Below, one piece after another: positions 25,801 through 41,485 of a DNA stretch of 64,000 bases. A program made the translations under genes and the position numbers. The stretch covers positions 15,810,001-15,874,000 of the forward strand of contig CM060734.1 in the NCBI GenBank assembly GCA_030704615.1, read 5' to 3'. Under the pieces are notes generated by a model. It saw only the letters and a program-made list of their open reading frames with translations, was not told where the DNA came from and made no database searches. This stretch comes from Takakia lepidozioides. Lineage: Eukaryota > Plantae > Bryophyta. The stretch's first letter is position 1. Every line of letters starts with the position of its first letter.

Positions 25801-27479
25801 AGCTCTGGCAAAGGCAGGCCAGTAGGCTGGATCTATGATATAAGGCCACTATAAGGCCACTATGTGCTAATCCCCCCCCCCCCCCCACTAGCAAGCCATG
25901 GAGGCCTAGGGGAGGGTGGGTTGTATTTTTTGTCTTGGGGTTTGGGCGGGCTAATTTCGCTTGACAGCAGCTGCCCCAAAGTCGCGAGCAGCCCGGGAGG
26001 AGCGCGGGTGCTGCGCCTAGAGAGTAGAGACTCGATTACTAAAAGCGTGGAGGCAGCCGTGGCCCAGCCACGACGAACGGGAGCGGGGCCCCAGTGTTGA
26101 CCTTAAGTCGTACTGAGATCAAGAACATCAGCCGCGTGGCTCAGGCGTGAGGCCCTGAAGCGTGCGAGCAGGGTGCGGGTCTTTACCTGCTGGATAACCA
26201 AAAGTTGAGACGGACCGGTGGACGCTGATGTTAACCGCAACGGTCCATGGTTTGGACCGCTACGCGCGGATCTGAGCCCCGCCGCGTGGCGGGGGCGTTT
26301 TACCCAGCGGGCAATGCGTCTGCAAATTCCCTTGAATGGGGGTATTCTTACCTTTAGCTATTAGATTCAATTTCTACCTCTCTAAGGGTTAGGAGCCATT
26401 GTCTAAGGCGCCAATGGTAGATAAAATATAGGATTTTGGGAGGACGTAGCCTTGGAGGGGAGCGTTCTTAGGACTCCAAGATAGAGCCAAGCGGGCCTGG
26501 GAGCAGTGAGCTAGAGGCGGAGACCTCGAGAGAGAAGGGAGGAGAGAAAGTACTATGTCCTAAAAACTCGGCTACAATGAGCCTTTGTGTCAGAGCCCAA
26601 GGTAGAGGATGACGTTTTCCATGGAGGGAAAGCGCACCAGCGCCTTAAAATAATGTAAGGGGGTGAAATCTGGCTTGGATCCAACAGTGGTTATTTTATT
26701 ATTTACGCATGCATGTTCTGGACTAACGAATGTAGTATGCAGGGATGAGCTCTCAGCGAGATTCATTCATCCGATAGAGCCGCGGCAGTTCTCCGCGGCA
26801 AGGAACGGTTCCCGGGTGTTCCTCGGTTCTCATTGGGTTCCCACAGGGTTCCCAAAGGCATCTTTAGGCGCCAAGAGTATCTTTGGATTCCCCACATGAT
26901 TTCCCATGGGGGAGGTATTTTTTCTGATTTTTCTTAATTTCTTTATTTTCCAACATTTCTGATTTACAAAATTGCTTAAATAGGATAGATGCACGTGGTG
27001 CTCGTTATAGCCTGCAGGGTGTTGATTAAACTGATTGAACTTGTTGAGTTCAGGGGCTTAGAACCACCTTATTGAATTTGGTGAACCTATTGGATGACGA
27101 TAGGCATTTTGGTCACTCCTTTGCTAAAACAAAATATTTAGGCACTGGGGTAGGAAGCGTTGGCCCTTCTATTAGAGGTGACTTGAACTCAAGCCCTCGG
27201 TGAAGGAGGGGCATTGGGAGAGGAAGATTTTCCCTCTAGGCTCGGCAGGTGCCTTGTGAAGGGATTAAAACATGTCCCGGCTGTAGGCAGATCGAGGGCC
27301 TAGGCGGTAGGAACTAGACAATAAAACACAAAGACTTGGAAGGCAGTTGCTGAGTAGATTGTAGGATACCGTAGGACTTAGAAACGCAAACTCGCCCTAT
27401 GAAGAGGAGTACGTGATTTCTCTTTGCCGGTAGGACTTAAATAGTAATCATAGCCACCATGTACGACCACGGACCCCCT

Positions 27480-29480
27480 ACACTAACCGCAGTCGGGTAG
27501 GCGGTTCAGTGAGCCCAACCTACACCGCAACTTACCACGACCCCCCTAGACTACTATGCCGTCACCCTGACCGCGCGCGCTCAGGGCTCGTCAAACACCA
27601 TAGGAGGCCATTACGGAGCGCGATGCCCTCACCCTCGTGGCAAGAAATCTCAACCCACTTCATTCACAACCGGCCACGGAAGATGCCCTTTATGGCATCT
27701 TTGGCAAAGACAACGCTGAGCACATTCATTTCAACTCAATTGACAGGAGAAAATTCGGCACACAGGGATGGCTCTAATCATCTGCAAGAACCCTAGTGTA
27801 TATACCCAATGGTGCAACCGTCCGCCAGTCCTAGTTATCGACTGACTCATCAAATTCGAGCCTCACACGAATAGCCTCAATGGGGCTACCCCACCAGCAG
27901 CCAAGATTCTGGAACGACTGAGAGTTGCTAACATCAACCAAGCACTGGCCGACACTGTCAACTCCCTCACCATCAAATCAACATCGACTTCCAAGCATGG
28001 GCACGAATTTCTAATGTCGGAGATTGACAAGAAACTGGCTACGCACGCCATCTCTATCAAAACCGAATTCAAGGGTGATCTGGCGAGCATGGAGAACAAG
28101 GTCGCCCTCACATGGCAACCCAACACGAAGCTCACCACAATTACCTTGTGTCTCTCCAAGACTCCATCACCAAAAATCTTGGAGCTAATCTGGAAAACTT
28201 CTACAACCACGCTAAGCTAGTGTTGGACAAACTGCCTCCCCCCCCCAGGGGTGTCTACACACGTCTCCCACGGCACCATGGCGGATGTGCAGGGTAGAGG
28301 CCCCAAGCCCCTGGCTCTGATCGAGCTCATGCTCTCCACTCCCCCGGGCTTCTTATCCGGGCCGACCATCGTTGCCAAAGCGTCTCTCCAGCCGCTTCCT
28401 GACCCTGCGCCGCCCACGCACACCCACCACGCTCAGTTGACGAGCACTCTCACCATGCATGCCAACATGGATAATGCCTAAGTCTACGACAGATCGCCAC
28501 GGCCAAGTTCCTGCCAGTAGAACGCGCCAGCTCGCTCTCCCTCTCTTAGTGCTCACTTTGCTCAACAACTTCTCTCTCTCACGTTTTACCATAGCCACTT
28601 TGTAATTCTCAATTCCAATATGCAATGTCGTGATCTCTTCTCTACTCCCCTGCTCTGCCCTACACTTGTTCAAAGCACCCCCCTACCCCCCCCCCCCCCC
28701 CCTCCCTCTTCCCCCTGTCGCGATTCAGTGCTGCTATTGCGCGCGTGATGAGCATTCTGGACCACCTGCAATCCATGACGCAAAGTACCATGACTGCGTC
28801 CCTACTAACACACCCTGCACTACCCGCTCTCTCAGCCACTACTCCCCACATAACATCCGGTGCAATGCATGGCTTCCCCACTGTTCGTTCCCCATTAACA
28901 TACACAACTACACCCCCACGCCCCACCTCTTCTTGCCACTCTCTCACATACTTCGCCATCGCCCCAGAGTGAGCAGCTTTCCACTCCCTGCCCACCCAGC
29001 CTTGCCCGTCACAGTAACCCATCACCTGCCCTGCTCCTAGCACATGGCCGATGATCATACGCGCCACATAACCCCTATTCAAAAATCCCAATCATTCCGC
29101 TTGGATAGTCCGTGGCACCTTAACCGTAATTTCCCCCACTCACGAATGCCCTCATCAACACTCATTCTTATCCCCACTCATCTAGCCACACAACTCATCC
29201 CCCCTGACCCTCACCCTACTTCTATCCAGATCCCGACACCTCATTCCACCCATACCACCCTACAGCTGCCTGCTCTACCCTCCCCCCCTAGCCACCATCC
29301 TCCTCTAACACCCCTGCCCTTTCCCGTCCACCCGCCCCACCAGTCTCCCCACCCCCGGGTCCCAACCCCCAAGCGCTTACCTTGGGCTCTTATACATACC
29401 TCCTCTACCCACTCAATCTCTTCCCAACACTCCACCCCCTTTCCAATCCACCACACCATTACACAAATTATGCAGCAGCT
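27480..29480 (+). other. Strongly C/A-biased degenerate coding-like segment, unassigned (possible non-LTR retroelement ORF1 remnant)
   Basis: Marked strand bias, broken helical ORF pieces (27870-28300), poly-C tracts. No diagnostic motif recognised. Confidence 0.2.
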
Positions 29481-29499
29481 CTTTCTCTTTGAGTGGACC

Positions 29500-29900
29500 G
29501 GCAGGCAAGAGGTACCGGCCACTGCGGGTCTTGTTGGACTCGGAGCTCAGCCACTGATGTTGGGCAGAGCTGCTATTGTAGGTTTGGGCCTCATGGAGGT
29601 GGATATGGAGCCTTGTCCTTTCCAGATACAGACATCTCTGGGAGGATCAGAGAAGGCTCGGGGCATGACACGGCGTGAGTTGGCCATTAGACTACAACCG
29701 GATCACCCTACAGATGGCTCAATGATGCGAGCCAAGGCCATTGTGACAGATGTGCTCTCTTATGAAGTCCTGGATGGTGGGACAGTGTTGTAGCCCATGG
29801 GCTTCATCCTGGATTTTTTGGAGGAGTCAGCCTCCTATAGGCCTGGATGGCAGTCAAGGGATGGCCGGCGTGTGCAACTCCCTGTGACATTCATTGGGGG
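29500..29900 (+). pseudogene. Element A aspartic protease
   Basis: RVLLDS(G)AQPLMLG..FQIQTSLGG..YEVLxGG, with a 1-nt frameshift in the DSG motif. Confidence 0.75.
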
Positions 29901-30189
29901 TATTGCAGCTGCCCAGCGGGGCAATAGAAGAAAATGCTCATGCAGAGGATGTGCCACCTCCAACAGAGGAGGATAATATGCATGGTACGGCGGAGTTGCC
30001 TGCCATGATTGCTCACACTCCATTGTGGGGCACGAGCAAGGATTTGCAGCAGGCTGCTGATAGACGGGTGCAACAAGCCTGGGTAGAGGCCTTTGTACCA
30101 TCAGGAGAGGAGGAGAGTGCGGTGATTGCACCAAGACTACCTTAGTTGTTGCCATTGGACACCACACTTATTGTGTGGCAGTGCCCGGA

Positions 30190-31145
30190 TGAAGGTATAT
30201 GCCTTCTGGACTTGTTTGGCGGGATCAGCACTGGATTGGCTACAGTGTTGCAGGCGAGTTTGACGTTACCTGTATGTGGAGAGGGATGAGACTGCACGAT
30301 GTGTCTCACTGCGCCATGTTGCTCAGTTGGTGCAGCAGTACCCTGATTTGTTGTCGGTGTCTGCAGTTCGTGGATACCAGCAAGCCTTGCCAGTATATAT
30401 CTCTTTGCTGGGGGTGAAGGATTTGGCACGGGTTGGGCCTATTCACTTGGTAGTGGCAGGTTGGCCTTGTCAAGGGCATTCATCAGCGGGGCATGGCAAT
30501 GGGTTACAAGACTCAAGGTCATGACTGTTTTGGGAGATGTTGAGGGTCTTGCGTTATTTACAGCTTCAGCAGGCAGACTCTCCAGCATACATCTTAGAGA
30601 ATGTACCATTGATGGGTGATTCTCAGGCCAAGATGATGGGCAATGTGTATCAAGTCTGGTCTTGGCTTGGATCAGCAGTGTTGCTAGATGCAGCTGCAGT
30701 TGGGTCACGAGCTCATTGTCCACGGCTATGGTGGACCAACTTGATGCAACCTGCACTGCTCAAGCATGCATTTGATGGGGTGCAACGGCCAGCATACCTT
30801 ACAGTGGATAGCATCTTGGACACAGGGAGGCAGTCTCAATGAGTGAAACATGATGACCGTTCGCCTTTGGCAGTGGTCAACAAGATGGGTCAACCACGAG
30901 CAGCACTACCTACACTGCTTAGCTTTCCTGCATCTCATGCTTTCCGGGATAGTGGACCTGGCCTTCTGTGGGATGCTCAGTTGCAACAGTTAGTGGAGCC
31001 CAATGCCGATGAGCGTGAGCGGGCGATGGGTTTTTACCACTGGTACCACGGTGGTGCCATCTCTTTCTGAGGCATCACGTCGTCAGGTGTTGGGGCAAGT
31101 GATGGATCTCAATTGCTTGACCTGGATTGTCAGCCTGGGTATGGC
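30190..31145 (+). pseudogene. C5 cytosine DNA methyltransferase domain (DNMT3-like) inside Gypsy pol
   Basis: Motif I LDLFGGI (30206), II ERD, IV VAGWPCQG (GWPCQG at 30459), VI YILENV (ENV at ~30597), VIII RAHCPRLWW, IX ERERAMGF, X VLGQVMD. Contains stops and frameshifts. Confidence 0.93.
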
Positions 31146-31599
31146 TGAGCAGCATAGAATGCGGACAACTTCTGTCACTACACTTCCTTTAACAGTCTCC
31201 CTGCCTACCGAGATAGTACAGGCAGTGAGTGGGGGCGAGCAGGTGAAGACCACAAGGTGCAGACATCCATGGCACACGTGGGAGGTGCTCGAGGTTCAGA
31301 GGGAGTTGGTAGACACGGCAGCGATGATGGATGAGGTTGGGGATTTTTCTCGGATTGAGGAAGTCATCAAAGAAGGGATGATAGGGCAGGATGAGGCCTT
31401 GTCATTGACTGAGCAGGCAGGGAGTATTGCTCAAGAGGTTGCAGCATAGCAACCACGAGACGCGTCTTCTACCTCTAAGCCTGTTGGACTTAATGTTGCA
31501 GTCACGGAGGACAATTGGAAGCCGGATGTTGGACCTATAGTCAGCGGAGGAGAGAGACAACGTATACGGCGGTTCTTGAGGGCTTACATGAACTGCTTT

Positions 31600-32930
31600 G
31601 CCTTCAGTTTGAAGGACTTGGGAGCACTGAAGGGTCAGGAAATTTGCATTGAGTTGACCACTGACACACCAATCTTTCGGAGACCCTATAGATACAGTGA
31701 CATGGAAGGTCCTTGATTCAGATGAGGACTCAGGACCTTTGGGAGGTTGGTTTGGTGGAGCTATCTGGTGGAGAGTATACTTCAGCCACAGTGATGCCAG
31801 CCAAGAAGGATGTCTATGGCAATTGGACGGAGAGACGTATGTGCGGTGATTACCGGCTTGTAAATCGTCAGACCAAGTCCGATATATATGCCATGCCAAT
31901 GCCGGAGGAGATCTTTGATGCCATTGGACATGCCAAGGTCGTTAGCACTTTGGATTTGCAATCCGGATATCACCAGTTGCCGATCAAAGAGGCGGATAAG
32001 CAAAAGACGACATTCTGGGGGATCAATGAGCACGACAAAGATTGTCTATATCAGTGGTGATTTTTACCATTCCGGCTGAAGAACGCTCCTGCAGAGTTCC
32101 AGAGGGTTATGGATAGGATTCTAGCAGGGGTGGAGTTTGCTCGGTGCTACATAGATGATATCATCATCTTCAGTGCTACAGTGGAGGAGCATGAGAGACA
32201 CCTTCAGGTGGTATTTGAGCGCTTGAGGGCACACGGATTGAAGTTACATCCGGGCAAGTGCAAGTTTCTCCACAACCAGATTGAATATCTGGGTCACATG
32301 ATATATCCTGTAGGATTGGGGGTACAGCAGACTAAGGTAGAGGCCATTGCACAGATTCCATGCCCCATGGATGTGAGCCGAGTTCCAGCTTTCATGGGGT
32401 TGACAAACTACTATCGATGGTTTGTCAAGGGATTTAGTGCTATTGCAAAGGCTCTAACCAAGCTGACCAAGGGGACCAGGAGTGACAGTGGGAAGATGAG
32501 CAGGAATGAGCTTTTCAGAAGCTCAAGGCAAGGTCGACCTCAGCACCTATCTTGAGACAACCTATCAGGGGGCGTCCTTTTCAGTTGCACACGGATGTTA
32601 GGGCTTGGAGCGGTGCTCACACAGGTGGATGATGAGGGAAGAGAGTTTGTAGTGGCTTATGCTAGCCGCTCAAACAATGTTGCAGATGCTAAGTATAGCT
32701 CATATGAGGGAGAGTGCTTAGCTGCAGTGTGAGCCATGGCACACTTCAGATGCTACCTATACGACAATCTCTTCACCCTTGTCACAGATCACTAGCCACT
32801 CAAGTGGTTGATGGAGTCAGACAAGCTTACGGGAAAGCTTGCACGGTGGGCACTCATACTCCAAGAGTATGACTTTCAGGTGGTATCGACCCGGTCTAGT
32901 CAATTGAGATGCGGATGGGTTGAGTCGCAA
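31600..32930 (+). pseudogene. Element A reverse transcriptase and RNase H
   Basis: RMCGDYRLVN, STLDLQSGYHQ, PFRLKNAPAEFQR, YIDD at 32148, LHTD, EGECLA, TDH, DADGLSR. Confidence 0.93.
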
Positions 32931-33146
32931 TCCATGCACGAGCCAGCAAGATGACATTGGAGCTCGGTGGCATGGTGAGACGGACAAGGAGATGGTGCCC
33001 GGATGGCACGCATCTGCTTTTCTGTGTATCTTGGCAACGGAAGGCCAGGTTGGACCTACAACATGGATGACTGTAGACCGAGTGTTTGAGAACCATGAGG
33101 CCACCGATGAGTCAGGTGGGCCAGAGATATACATGAGGATTCAGCT

Positions 33147-33860
33147 GTGTTGGACTATCTCCGCACTGGAGACACGACAGCCACTTTGACTGCTAAGGAG
33201 AGGGATCAGAACCTGCAACGAGCCAAGAGGTTCAAGTGGGAGGGGACATACCTGCTCCGAGTGTCGGAGGATGGTCGAGTGAGGATTGTGCCTCACCCAA
33301 CACAGCGGGCACGGTTAGTGCGGCATGCCCATGAAGAGTTGGGGCATTTTGGGGTGCGACGCACTCACAGTTTACTGCAGGGGCAGTATTGGTGGCGTGG
33401 TATGCATACAAAGGTGCAACAATTTGTGGCTAGGTGCATGGTGTGTGATAGTGTGCGTGCTTCATTCAACGCCCCTACACCACAATTGTATCATCTTCCG
33501 ATCATGGGATTGGGCTACAGGTGGAGTCTTGACTTTGCCGGGCCGTTGCCACTAACGATGCGCCACCACAAATACGTGTTGGTGATGGTGGAGCACTTCT
33601 CCAAGTGGATTGAGTTGGTTCCATTGCCTGATAAGGCTAGTGAGGGAGCTGTGTATGCATTTTTGTATCGTGTACTTAGCCAATTTGGTGCCCCAGCGGA
33701 GGTACTCACGGACCAAGGGAGAGAGTTCTTGGGGGAGTTTCAGACGTTATGTGATAAAGCCTTGATAGACCATCGCACCACTTCTCGGGATCATCCTCAG
33801 GCCGATGGCTTGGCAGAGAGAGTTGTGCAGACAGTTAAGAGAGGTTTGCGCAAGTATGGC
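33147..33860 (+). pseudogene. Element A integrase (HHCC + DDE core), interrupted at 33860
   Basis: HEELGH..CMVC; LDFAG, TDQG, AERVV. Confidence 0.93.
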
Positions 33861-36157
<2,297 letters not shown>

Positions 36158-36170
36158 TGGTATCAGAGCC
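36158..36170 (+). promoter_or_regulatory. Primer-binding site, tRNA-iMet (element B)
   Basis: TGGTATCAGAGCC. Confidence 0.93.
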
Positions 36171-36395
36171 ACGCTGGATCTTGTCTGAGAGATGTAGGTT
36201 TTCAGTGTAGCAAGATAGGAGAGTGATTTGCGAGCAATGGTGACTAACATTCCATTTTACGGAAAGAAGGATGAGGATGTTTGCAGCTAGATCCAGAATC
36301 TGAAAAGGGATGGTGAGAGGCGGAGCTTTGACGAGCACAAGTTATTTATATCGGCAAGGCTGAATCTCAAGGCACGGGCTGACACTTGGCATCGA

Positions 36396-39300
36396 ATGCA
36401 AAAACCAAGGTCCATGAACTGGCATGATTTTCAAGTAGCCATAATCTTGAAATTTGGAGGAGAAGGTCAATCAAGTAAGAGTAAAGTGATGTTAGCAGGG
36501 AAGTTTGATGGGATAGATACAAATGTGGAAGAGTCTGCTACAGGAATGGAAGAGAAATTGTCTCCGATTGAGAAGGATACTCACAACAGGTTCACACCTG
36601 TGAGTTCTATTGATCATGAACCTATACCAGATCACAAAACCATGTCATGGAGGTGCTTTAGGGAGAAGAACCAAATCAGCGAAGTCCATGCAATGCTTCC
36701 TCGAGTTCTCAGCTTGAACAACACAAGGCAGGAAGTAGAGTGTTGCACTGCATGTCCATCAAGACAGAATCAGATCCGAAGTGAAAAGAATCACCGGCTG
36801 GGGCTGCAAGTGGGAACATGTGGAATGCAAGATTCATGTTGTGGAATGTTTGAACAATGGGAATCGAAGAGCAGCAGTAGGATGGAGTGCGAATGTGTAA
36901 GCTCTCTTGGCACAAACATTGTGAATGTGTTTTGTGATGAGGAAGGAGAGATCATGGAAGACATCTTTTGTTCAACAGAGGATCAATCAGGTGTCAATGA
37001 AGAGTGTACACCTAGATTGCAAGTTCATGTGCAGTTCCCAAGGTCTTATACAAGGGCACATGTAGGGCAAGACATACCTGGGGAGTTTGGGCATGATACC
37101 ACCAACTCCCCAAGCAATAGTGGTACAACCGGTGAAATGAGTGTCATGGTAGAGAAAGATGACAACCAGTCTTGGACAGACCTGATGGAGTGGGTGGAGG
37201 AAGAGTGTACGATGCTTGCTCAAACTAGACAGGATCTAAGGAAAGATACACACCTAGATCAAGACATGCTTGGGGAGTTTGGGCATGATGCCGCCATGTC
37301 ACCAAAGATTAGTGTTTCCAGGAAACGAATGAGTGTGATGGGGAATGAGGAGTACAACAGAGCTCAGATACCAGGATATTCTCACAAAGGAAAGCTGCAG
37401 CTTGGATGGAGAGGAAACAGTGAGACACAAAATAGCTCCACTCATATGTAGTTGGAGAATGGAGAAACATCTCTGGATGAGGGAAGGGAACTAAGTGGGC
37501 TGCATACCGAGCTTGCGGCTGCACTGAAGGAGAAATTAAAGGTAAAGGATACACGAGATAGCGTTGTAGCCACCCTAGCATTACAGACTGAAATACAGGT
37601 AGACGTCTTGGTCGTGGAAAATCAACAGTTATGGTTGGATCTAGCAAAATCCAACCAAGAACTAAGTCAGGCCAAAGAAGAATGCGTGGATAAGCTCCGT
37701 AGTGATGACAAGCATCTTCAGGCAGAGCTGCAGTGGCTCCAGCTGCTCTTGGAGCTATGTACCTCATCAGTCAATAACATGTTCCTTGGGACACCAGGTA
37801 CCCTAATTCAGGACAAGGAAGAGGAAATTGAAACTTCTTTGGATGACAAGGCATTGACAAATGTTGGGCGAGATGAAGGGAACATGGAGTATCAGGTGTG
37901 GAAGCATTCATACAATGGAGAGGCCCCGAAGATGGTGATAAGGAGAGGGGATAGCCTGAAGGATCGAGACATGATGACACCTAAGCTTGTATGTGATGAT
38001 GAAAAGAGTGGAGAAGTCATTAGGGCATACGAAGGGGCAGAAAACCATGTGGGGAAGCCAAGAGTGTGGACATATGAAGGCTTGCATTCTGAAGAGAAGA
38101 TTCACAAAAAGAAGATGCATAACAATGAGGTGATTCGGCGAGGAACAGATCTGCCAAAAACAAAGAACAAATGGGGTCAAAAATGGAGGCAAGGCACAAC
38201 GAAGTCGTTCATCAACCACAACATGCTCCGGTTCACAAGCTGTCTACAGAATTATTAAAAAAAAAAAAAAAAAGGGAATGGGAGAAGGAGGATGTTAAGG
38301 CGTGGATGCAACAGGCCACCTCGACATTGATTATGTGCTATAGGGTCATCACTGGCATGTATCAGCAATTACAACAGTGGGAATGGGGGGCATCGATTGA
38401 GTGTTGCAGGTGCCTATGGCAAACCGTGAAGAACTGTTCGGGACGGGCCATCCTGATCACAATTTTGTGCTACCAATACATCTGGTATATGCATCCCAGT
38501 AATGAGAAGCAAGGTTGTAAAGGAATGGCTGACTCTGGTGGAAGATGGAAGCAAACGTGGGCTGCATACACGCCAAAGCACCAACACAAGAGGGGAGCAA
38601 GTTTGGGAAGCTGCCTTTGGAGTGTAACCTCTGTGGACATACCTAAAGAAGTCAACACTATACCAACAAGGGCAACTCAATATAGAAGAAAGGAACTGTC
38701 GTCAGATTTTGGAAAGGAAAAGGTGAGGCCCAACCAGGTGATATTACTGGGTATTTGCAATGCATGTGCAAGCCTGGCAAACATATGGGAAGGCAGAGGA
38801 ATCCATGTTGATGTCAGTGAAGCTATAGTTGTGCCAAGGATTATCTTGGGCACTGCCTGTGTTTGCATGTATGCCAAGTGGGGTGTTGTCAAGAATGCAA
38901 GGGACGTGCTCACCAACATGGCTGAACGAAATGTGATGTCACCAAAGGTGATGATTACAAGAAGTGCTCTGCATGATGGTAAAATTCAGGTGCTGAGAAT
39001 GGATGGGCAGATGGTGTGGGAGGATATCAGAATCACTTCCATCTACAAGGTATACACCAGCACTGAATCTCTTGGAGAGGGAAGGCAGGTCTATGATAAC
39101 ATCAAGAGAGATGAAATTTTTCCAAGCATTAAGCTGGGCAACACCGTCATTGACATATATGCCAAGGTGGTACCCTTCAAAATTGTGGAAGGATTCCATG
39201 GAAGATTAAGCATCACCTGTGTTTGCAACAACAGCCCACCGGTGAGCAGCCATCAGCAAGGTATGGACACAAGGTTGTGCAGCACTAGGTGTCACAATAA

Positions 39301-39880
39301 CCTGCCACACATCAGTATTGTTCAAACCAACGACGTAAGGCCAAGGGTGCCAGCAAAAAAAATTCAGAGAGGAAATGTGATGTTTGCGGGTCCAGGAAGT
39401 GAAGAGGAGAAACCCAACCAACCATGCAGCAATATACGTGCATGTTTGGCAGGACAAAGGATCGACAACAGGTTACATTTTCTCACAACAACAGTAAATT
39501 TTGATGGATCTGTTGCAGAACTCACACTTATGATGCAGCAGAAAATCCAGCTCCTCTCAGAGATAAAGGCTAAGCTGCGGAAAAGTGTGAAGAAAGGGTA
39601 GCGTCAGCAGGCAAGGGATTATGCAAGGAGGCATCAAGCAGGGCGCAACTACTGCAAGTTGATGGAGAACAGCAAGGTGATGATGTTGAGGCCTGGAAAG
39701 AGGTCTTCCATGACATCTCCATGGGACGAACCCTATGACTTTTTGGGGGTACAAAGATGCGAGAAACACCACAAGGACAGGGGAAGCTGCACGGAGATGC
39801 AGGCTAAGAGATGGGGCAAACAAGGAATGCGTAAGAAGTAGGCGGGATTTGAAACCATTCATACCACCAGTGGGTGGTCA
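36396..39880 (+). pseudogene. Element B internal chimeric polyprotein remnant: gag-like start, acidic/coiled-coil region, PPR-derived segment, integrase C-terminal GPY/F-like tail
   Basis: Consecutive ORFs 36396-37451, 37452-38258 and 38171-39601. MNWHDFQVAIILKF is gag-like; QQARDYARR..KVMMLRPG..SPWDEPY..RRDLKPF resembles an integrase tail. Confidence 0.55.
38705..39170 (+). pseudogene. Captured PLS-class PPR motifs within element B
   Basis: VRPNQVILLGICNACASL..EGRGIH..ILGTACVCMYAKWG..ARDVLTNMAERNV..LGEGRQVY..LGNTVIDIYAK. Confidence 0.85.
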
Positions 39881-39915
39881 GCCAGTGAAGGTGGTCAGTG
39901 AGGACCCTGACACTT

Positions 39916-39947
39916 AAAAAAAGGAGACACACTACATATGTAGTGTG
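39916..39947 (+). promoter_or_regulatory. Polypurine tract (39916-39927) followed by a perfect 20-bp palindrome CACACTACA-TA-TGTAGTGTG spanning the 3' LTR start
   Basis: Direct reading: AAAAAAAGGAGA|CACACTACATATGTAGTGTG. Confidence 0.9.
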
Positions 39948-41437
39948 AATGCAGGGGAGTGAAATTACATTTTGTTTTACCATTAAGACCCTGCATCACT
40001 ATAACGGGAGTGCCCGGGTACAACTGCAGGAGGGATATATCCCTGCATACAGGTAATTTCATGGGCATACTGTGCTTATGCTTTGCCACGATAAAAATGG
40101 CTAAGTCATGACCATGCATATTTTCATCCGTAGGATGAACGTTTTCATCCCAGGTGTTTAACCTAGAAACGCGGGTTGAGGAAAACGAAGAGGAAGATGA
40201 CGGGCAACTCTTAGCAGCTGCTGCGAGAAGTGGGGTTGGCAGGGCAGTCTGTTTTTGGGAGGTTGTACCTACGCTATGGGACTCTGCTTGGTTTAGAGAG
40301 CGGCATTAAGTACTTCTGCTTGGTATTCTGTGTAAAGGGAAGTGGTGCCGCTTTTCTCGTAGTGATGATCAATTCCTGGAGTATGAGCATGTAAGAAGAG
40401 CGGCGCACCACCGCTGTCGCCATTGCCTTGAAGAAAACAGTTATGGGCAGATGAGCAAGCAAGGAAAATGGCCAGCTGCCAGAAGCACAAGGAAGTGAGT
40501 TGTGGGCACAATCAATGGAGGGGATGGGGCATGTGAAGTGCTGGCTGGATGGCAACTCAGGTTATCTGTAATCAAAGCTTATAGCTGCTTTTGTGTCTTC
40601 TTACTATAGGACCATGTCAATTCTTAGGGAAGAATTGCACGCATAGAAGGATAGAGTATTTAGTTGGCAAGCCACAGGATGTTCCATAGGATGAAGAGGA
40701 GCCATCATGGCATGATAAATACTGGAATCAAGACAAGGAGAATAGGTTGAAGTGGCTGCTGACAGGCGATGGTGAGGTGCCATCTTGGCAGGCAGATCCA
40801 CCGCTTCGCTGGAGGATAAAACAGATAAGTTCGTAGACTGTGGGCTTCGGTTTTTGGGGGGTGACTTAGAAATCGTTTTGGTGTGGATTTAGGACTGGCT
40901 CTTGGTAGAGGAGAAGGAGATAGAGATATGTGACGGAGGAAAAAGGTTTTGAAAATGGAATGGAGACTCTGGACTTCAAACCAGGATAGGGAAAGGATGG
41001 ATGCACCTGATGTTATAGTGTCAGTAGGAGAAATGAGTGGGGGGAGAGACTGCTTGTCACGGAATCAGAATGGTCACTGTTTGTCTTCATTCTTGTTCTT
41101 TGTTTCAGTGTTATGAACCTGCACACAATGCTGCCCTGGGTATTGACACACTGGAACCAATGTAGACCTAGCTTGGCTGATTGAAAACACCAGTGAGGGT
41201 TAGTTAGAACTGTTGAAAACAGAGAAAGGATAATGTGGATGGGGAAGCAACACCGACACTGATTTGCTTTTGGAACTGATTTCCAGTATGGTCTCAGGGT
41301 ATGAAGAACTGAGGTTCACAGTTGAAGGGAAAAGAGGGCTGTTGGGGTAATGGCTTGAAACCTGTAGAAAGGCTGAGAGCTGTTCGGGCAATGGCTTCTT
41401 TTGGAAAAAGGTAGTGTGAAGGGTTGGACATCGGCAT

Positions 41438-41485
<48 letters not shown>

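Noticed and set aside
26275-26300. Helitron 3' hairpin (CCCCGCC-GCGT-GGCGGGG)
   Set aside because: No CTRR terminus at the expected distance and no matching 5' end identified.
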